This document shows positions 58,579 through 64,000 of a stretch of 64,000 bases of DNA, in pieces. The stretch is from a virus. Within the stretch, counting starts at the first letter, position 1. Each line of letters starts with the position of its first letter. The translations under genes were made by a program, and so were the position numbers. The stretch covers positions 66,255 through 130,254 of the IMG/VR virus record IMGVR_UViG_3300035698_024657; one strand, 5' to 3'. The notes beneath the pieces are model-generated. The model was not told where the DNA came from and ran no database searches. It saw only the letters and a program-made list of their open reading frames with translations.

Positions 58579-59130
58579 TTATCCAAACAGGACAACGCCT
58601 AAAGTATAAGAGTTTCCGGCTGATGGTACGCGAGTGACAAAACCAAGAGGAATAGGAGGAGCATCTACACCGCTTGCAGCGTGTGAGACTAGATTAGTCC
58701 ACTTACCCGCTGCACTTGCATACAACAGATCCATAAGACTAGCGCTTTCCATATTACCCAGAGTAGTGCCCTGCTCATAAGTCTTGGTAGCAGTACCGTG
58801 AATGATTTCAAACTCACTGTGACCATGTAAGAGAGTAACTTTCGAACCACTCGGTTGTGACATACCTGAAACAGCTGAGGTATAGTCTGCCGAGTTTTCC
58901 AAAGCAACACCCATAATAGCACTACCGGACGTGGAGCAGAGCGAAACATACGGGGCAACACCGTTGCCTACGTCTGTCCCTGCAGTAGAAAGCACAAATA
59001 GATTTCCTGCATACCACGTACCAGTCGGAGCCTGGTTGCTGTTATAAGGGGTACCTCCAATAGCAGCAGACGCGACGTTGAATGTCTGCTTGATACCAAA
59101 GTATCCCTTAAGTTTAATTTGTCCTGCCAT
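58579..59130 (-). CDS. Capsid decoration/cement protein
   Basis: Between scaffold and MCP; GSKVTLLHG, LLYASAAGKWT, GFVTRVPS motifs. Confidence 0.7.
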   Translation of the reverse strand: MAGQIKLKGYFGIKQTFNVASAAIGGTPYNSNQAPTGTWYAGNLFVLSTAGTDVGNGVAPYVSLCSTSGSAIMGVALENSADYTSAVSGMSQPSGSKVTLLHGHSEFEIIHGTATKTYEQGTTLGNMESASLMDLLYASAAGKWTNLVSHAASGVDAPPIPLGFVTRVPSAGNSYTLGVVLFG

Positions 59131-59172
59131 TAATTAATGACCTCCAAAATAGCGTTAAACGTGAAACGTGAA

Positions 59173-62100
59173 CTATCGTCTCCGGTTAGACCGGATCCAG
59201 CCTTTAGCTATAGCTTCATCTAACTTACCCACTTTAGCTAACTGATTTTCAATATTACTTGTGAACAATTTAGCAACATCCACACTTGCTGCAGCAGTAT
59301 CAACGGCGGAATTTGCATGAAGTTGGGGCACAACTTCAGCAGTTCTAGCCTGTTTCGAAATTCGGGCCTGTTGCTCAGCGGTTAATTGTGCATTATTCTT
59401 AACTGCAGGTTGAATACCTTCAGGAGCAACGTCTTCAGCATCGCTGCCATCTATCCGAATCTTCTCTACTGCGTCTAAAGAATTGTGCACCACACCATAA
59501 CTCATATCTTCCGCTTCTGGAATCTGATAAGCTTCAAGTGCTCGCTGGTTATGAACGGGAAGTTTCTCTAAATGCGACTTAACTGCACGAAGACTTGCTT
59601 CATCATACTGCACATATTCTGTGGCCTGCTTCTGGATATCGGCAAGAGTAAACGGAATAACTCCACGAGACGCAGAAACACGCGCCAAATGTAGTGCTTG
59701 TTTAGCAATAATATCGGATTGCTTCTCTGCCTTCAGATCCATATTCTCTTGAGCCAAGGAAGCGATCTTCTTATTCGCAGTTACCAAGTCCTGGGCATAG
59801 CCAGGATCCCCATAGGCTTTGGCGTAATAAGCTTTATCACTACCTTCAGCACCCTTACCATGACCATCTTTCGGATCTGGTCGCGTACCCGGTCTGGCCG
59901 TATTCGAGTCTTTATCCCCTTCAGCTGTATCATACAACGGATTAACTTTCTCAGTCTTACCAGGAGTAATTCCTTCTAACTGAGCAGTCTTACCATTTAC
60001 CAACTTCTGAGAATATTCCATACCGCGTGACGCAACTGTGCTCACGATCTCATCAAGGTACTCATCAGAAGTAAAGGTATCAAATTGATCCGAACCGGCA
60101 TCAGGGTCAGTGACATCCTCGAAATTAGTAGTAAATGCTTCAGTAGAACCATCTTCCGCAACTTTTACAACACCATAGAATGATTTCTTAGGTGCCCACT
60201 TATTCGCAAATCTTTTCGCAAAGATCGTAGGGGCATCGGTCGACTTACCTACTTCCGGATTATCCGCGGTAAATTGGCCAACGGGGCCAGTAAGTAATTC
60301 TACCCTACCATCTGGAATATTAAATTCGGTACTTACTTCTGTGGCTTTCATCTTCTCAAACTCAGGATACATCTCCTGCCACCACACTTGCATCTCATGG
60401 GACTCGATCGCCCCAACTTCGCCATAATCACCAGGATCTTTTGCACCAGTAGGTGGCTGAGCGGCTGCGCGCTTAGTAGGATTCTTTCGTGACGCTTCTA
60501 CTGCCGGGGTAACTTCCGGGGTAACTTCCGGGGTCTCTTCCGCAGGAACATCCCCTTCAACAGGAACTTCAGGCGTTTCAGGCGCATCAGTCACGGGTAC
60601 ATCGCCTTCGCCTTCGTCTGCTAATTTAACGGGCGACGAAGACCCACCACCAACAACATCCCGGAGCTTTTTCAGAAGCTGAATATTATTTTCAGTCAAC
60701 GTAAAGCTTGCATCTTTGGACATTTCGTCTCCTCCTTTGGAATCGACTTTTTTATCATCATCATCTTTATTATCTTTTTTATCTTTTTTATCGAACGGGA
60801 ATCCGCCTTTCTTGTCATCATCGTCTTTCTTGTCATCATCGTCATCGTTGGAATCCCCACCGTCTTTCTTATCAAATGGAGATTTTTTCTCACCATCAGA
60901 ATCGCCGTTATCGTCGTTATCGTCGTTATCGTCCGTCTCCGACTCCTCTGCCTTTTCCCCAGCAGGTTTCCCTTCCTCTGCATACAACCATTCACAAGCG
61001 GCTTGAATCTTTGCCACAGCGTCTTCAATCGCAGACTCAGCATCTTCAATAAAAGAATCTGCTTCAGCCGCAACTTTTATCGCACCTGTAGATTGTCGCT
61101 TACCCCAACGTAATTTATTCGCAAGAGCTTCCATAGCCTCTTGTTCACCGCCGCCTACCATCGATTTAGCGTCAGTTAAATCGCCAAGGATCAGTTCAAG
61201 ATCTTTTTTAGTATTTTCTAAAGTAGTACGCAAATCACTCTCGGATGACACATCAATAGAAATAGCCATCCCCATATCGTCACCACCAAGGTCTCCGCCA
61301 AGGTCTCCGCCAAGGTCTCCGCCAAGGTCTCCGCCAAGACCCCCGGTTCCGTGAGGACCTTCACCATCTTGTAACCCATCACCAAACGGAGGAGTACCAC
61401 CTTCGCCCATTCCTGCAAGAAAATCTTCAGGTGAGTCCAACGCTAATTTCGTACGGGCGTGCAATTTTTTGGCAGATTGCAAAAGATCCCCAATACGAGA
61501 AGCGCGATCATTAAGATTCTTTTTCGCAACGATTGCATCAATAAAAATAGTTCCCATAGGTCTATATTCCTTCTCCTGCTCAATTTGCTTACTGCCTTTC
61601 GCAGCCCATTCATGGAACAATTGAGTTTCTTTTACTCGAGGATTACCAATAGTCACATCTTTATCGCCCGTAAACTCAGACGTAGACGGAAGATTGGCTT
61701 CCCCAGCAGATTTATTGGAACGGGTATGCGCCATAGCGTGCACCTCTCCTTCTTTATTTCCTGATAATCCTCGAGAATGTTCACAATTAGGGCAAATAGA
61801 ATAATTGTTAAAATCGGAACTTCCTAACATTCGCGAAGTATATTTTTCTTGGGACTTTCTATGATATATTCCGTGACATATCATGCACGCATAATGCGTT
61901 TCATCATGAGTACCTACAACACCTTTAACTGCACGGGGTTGCGTGCGTGCGAAAGTACTTTCTAACAACGAAGATGGATTGGATATTTGATAAAAACCTG
62001 CGTCAGATGAAGGAACAAGATCAAACCCTTCCTTAATTAAATAAGGAGCGTTCCTCTTCTGCGTTAAAACTTCAAGAACATTGCCCGTCTGGAGAGCACT

Positions 62101-63165
62101 TTTAGCAATATCACCATTACGTTCAAATAGTAAATGATCTTCATTTGACCATGCTTCAGCAGAATTTCCCATTTGTTGCGCAAAAGAATTTAAAACACTT
62201 TGATAAAATTCTTCAGTAACATTAAGAGCCACTTCAATGGGACCAGCAGAAGAATGAATAAGGGGCAATAATTGATGGAACGCAGGTTTTGAGAGGCTGG
62301 CAATTTTTTCTAATTTATACCCGCGATGAAATGCGGGATTCGCAACAACAGACAATTCAAAAAAGCTAAGACCATAATTAACTTCAAAGGCCTTCGCATA
62401 AACCATTCTACGTGTAGCACTTGCAACTGCTTTAAGATCTTGAGCACGGTGCAAAATAAAGGGCAACCATTCACGTTTAATAGTACCCTTTTTAATTAGG
62501 TCGGTAATTTGGGTAGCGGGAACAAGAACACTTTGTCCTTTACTAAAACGAATATGAGGACAATAATTTTCCTCTACATATGCACGATTACCACAAACAG
62601 TGCACTCACTGTAATCAATGTTTGTACCCATAGAACAACCTACAGGAGAATCCGTTTCGAGCATACGGGCTACTTTCGGAGATAATTCTCTATCAATAGC
62701 CATAAGTACTTCAATACTACCATCTTCGTGAGGTGACCTCCCCGCTAAAATTCGGCCACGCTCATTGTCATCGAGAATTTGCCATTCTTTATTGCCAAAC
62801 GTGGAAGTATTGAAACGATTCAAATAAGCACTGTGTAGATTACCGATAGCATTATTGATATTATCACTACTATGTTCTACAAAAGCATGCTTACCAATAA
62901 AAGATTGATAGCCGTACCCTGCGCGATTATCTAAAAATTGGTCATATGGAAAAGCGTCTGAGTTAGCATTAGGCCCATCTACACAAAGACACCCAATCGC
63001 TTTAAATCGGGCGTACACAAATTCAGGATTAAACTTAACTACTTTTTGAACCGAATGATCCGCGGCCATAACAGAAATCTGCCCTACGACGTCATCAAAC
63101 TTTTGTTGAGAATCGATTAGCGCAGTGGGTTGAAGCACACTGGATGCATACTTTCGTAAAGCCAT
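59173..63165 (-). CDS. Prohead maturation protease fused to scaffold
   Basis: NANSDAF, FIGKHAFVEH, CSMGT..YSECTVCG, CPHI, EVNYGLSFFELSVVANPA; acidic low-complexity and coiled-coil C-terminal half. Confidence 0.8.
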   Translation of the reverse strand: MALRKYASSVLQPTALIDSQQKFDDVVGQISVMAADHSVQKVVKFNPEFVYARFKAIGCLCVDGPNANSDAFPYDQFLDNRAGYGYQSFIGKHAFVEHSSDNINNAIGNLHSAYLNRFNTSTFGNKEWQILDDNERGRILAGRSPHEDGSIEVLMAIDRELSPKVARMLETDSPVGCSMGTNIDYSECTVCGNRAYVEENYCPHIRFSKGQSVLVPATQITDLIKKGTIKREWLPFILHRAQDLKAVASATRRMVYAKAFEVNYGLSFFELSVVANPAFHRGYKLEKIASLSKPAFHQLLPLIHSSAGPIEVALNVTEEFYQSVLNSFAQQMGNSAEAWSNEDHLLFERNGDIAKSALQTGNVLEVLTQKRNAPYLIKEGFDLVPSSDAGFYQISNPSSLLESTFARTQPRAVKGVVGTHDETHYACMICHGIYHRKSQEKYTSRMLGSSDFNNYSICPNCEHSRGLSGNKEGEVHAMAHTRSNKSAGEANLPSTSEFTGDKDVTIGNPRVKETQLFHEWAAKGSKQIEQEKEYRPMGTIFIDAIVAKKNLNDRASRIGDLLQSAKKLHARTKLALDSPEDFLAGMGEGGTPPFGDGLQDGEGPHGTGGLGGDLGGDLGGDLGGDLGGDDMGMAISIDVSSESDLRTTLENTKKDLELILGDLTDAKSMVGGGEQEAMEALANKLRWGKRQSTGAIKVAAEADSFIEDAESAIEDAVAKIQAACEWLYAEEGKPAGEKAEESETDDNDDNDDNGDSDGEKKSPFDKKDGGDSNDDDDDKKDDDDKKGGFPFDKKDKKDNKDDDDKKVDSKGGDEMSKDASFTLTENNIQLLKKLRDVVGGGSSSPVKLADEGEGDVPVTDAPETPEVPVEGDVPAEETPEVTPEVTPAVEASRKNPTKRAAAQPPTGAKDPGDYGEVGAIESHEMQVWWQEMYPEFEKMKATEVSTEFNIPDGRVELLTGPVGQFTADNPEVGKSTDAPTIFAKRFANKWAPKKSFYGVVKVAEDGSTEAFTTNFEDVTDPDAGSDQFDTFTSDEYLDEIVSTVASRGMEYSQKLVNGKTAQLEGITPGKTEKVNPLYDTAEGDKDSNTARPGTRPDPKDGHGKGAEGSDKAYYAKAYGDPGYAQDLVTANKKIASLAQENMDLKAEKQSDIIAKQALHLARVSASRGVIPFTLADIQKQATEYVQYDEASLRAVKSHLEKLPVHNQRALEAYQIPEAEDMSYGVVHNSLDAVEKIRIDGSDAEDVAPEGIQPAVKNNAQLTAEQQARISKQARTAEVVPQLHANSAVDTAAASVDVAKLFTSNIENQLAKVGKLDEAIAKGWIRSNRRR
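61286..61338 (-). repeat. 12-bp tandem repeat (GGDL)n
   Basis: ccaaggtctccg x4 plus partial copy. Confidence 0.9.
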
Positions 63166-63167
63166 AA

Positions 63168-63602
63168 CTACCTTTTCTTCTTCATTACAAGGGAAATTTT
63201 AGACGCAGGAAGTTCAGATTTGCCCGAAGCATCATCAGGACTAAGTGAAGGGCAGCAATCCTTATCGGTATACTTATGAGTACCTTTAGGTACATCCTTT
63301 AAATCTCTTTCATAATCATTATGATTACGTAAATTTAACATATCCGCCCTCTGAATTATATGAATGAAATTTACATCAGAAACTTGGAGTGTCTTTTCAC
63401 CCACATCAGTAGTAAGAGAAATAGCGGTAATACCATCTGTAGTAGTAATAGAAGTAACCTGACCTAAAACATCATTAATCTTACCTGTAATCACAATGTG
63501 ATCACCCTTGTTGATGTGGGTAGGTTGTACCGAAGCCCTTTTTACAGCTTTAAATAAAAGCTGCGCCATCTGTTCAATTACGCGCAAGTATAAATACTCC
63601 AA
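63168..63602 (-). CDS. Hypothetical head-module protein
   Basis: 144-aa ORF ending 2 nt before the protease start; start codon uncertain. Confidence 0.6.
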   Translation of the reverse strand: MEYLYLRVIEQMAQLLFKAVKRASVQPTHINKGDHIVITGKINDVLGQVTSITTTDGITAISLTTDVGEKTLQVSDVNFIHIIQRADMLNLRNHNDYERDLKDVPKGTHKYTDKDCCPSLSPDDASGKSELPASKISLVMKKKR

Positions 63603-63713
63603 ACTATATGGTAACTTACGTTAATTAATATAGTACCATTTGACGAAAGGGGATTGACAAGATCCGAACAAACCGCGCCATTATAGAAATTGCCCAATTT
63701 ATGGCGGTGTAAA

Positions 63714-64000
63714 TTAAGTTATATTGATATTTCGGCGCACAGCCCCGGCAGCAATATGCGAAGTAGATTCAATGGTATCAATCGCATGAAGACTTATGTT
63801 AGACAATACTATACATTCATCATCATTTGTCAACATCCAGCCAGTTACTGCGCGCACAGGGCTTGAGAATTTGTAACTGATCCGTAATCTATCATCTAGA
63901 TCGCCCGAAGACCAATTCATCTCCGGAACAACGAATGTAAAACAATCGTGGGTTGACCCATCTCGCAGATTTACTAATGGAGATGGATCAGTGGTCTCGA
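63714..64000 (-). CDS. Hypothetical protein, C-terminal part (runs off right edge)
   Basis: Frame of ORF 63714..63920 stays open to the window edge (ETTDPSPLVNLRDGSTHDCFTFVVPEMNW...). Confidence 0.6.
   Translation of the reverse strand, partial: ETTDPSPLVNLRDGSTHDCFTFVVPEMNWSSGDLDDRLRISYKFSSPVRAVTGWMLTNDDECIVLSNISLHAIDTIESTSHIAAGAVRRNINIT

Noticed and set aside
1967-61764. All plus-strand ORFs and nested short minus-strand ORFs in the track
   Set aside because: They are shadows of longer, motif-bearing minus-strand genes and have no recognisable motifs.
63625-63712. Sigma70-like promoter and terminator upstream of the head module
   Set aside because: TTGTCA to TACTAT spacing is 19 bp and the hairpin is imperfect; plausible but too weak to call.
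1-64000. Stop-codon reassignment
   Set aside because: Standard-code ORFs tile the window densely, and TAA, TAG and TGA all end genes at sensible junctions.

Overview
This is a 64 kb segment of a large, AT-rich myovirus-type phage genome. Essentially all credible genes are on the minus strand, tightly packed, in the standard code. In transcription order (right to left): (1) a head module with a 1330-aa prohead protease/scaffold, a decoration protein and an HK97-fold major capsid protein of the Bxz1-like type; (2) neck, sheath, tube, chaperones, a short tape measure and baseplate, plus several large fibre/propeller proteins, one ending in a dockerin domain; (3) an M15 endolysin; (4) a ~19.4 kb cluster of about 12 glycosyltransferase-like genes plus a nucleotide-sugar pathway; (5) a replication module with SF2 helicase, DnaC-like loader and intein-containing DnaB. 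Two free-standing GIY-YIG/NUMOD3 endonucleases are also present. The most unusual signals are: six unrelated small proteins sharing an N-terminal KE-x-x-(I/V)-Q-x-ALG leader conserved at protein level; a strong Ser-Gly-Ser enrichment limited to predicted outer virion proteins, next to the glycosylation cluster (candidate phage-encoded virion glycosylation system and sequon); a host-type dockerin on a tail protein; and a short S(D/N)AxI repeat shared by four structural proteins. All assignments come from motif recognition by eye; no database searches were run.
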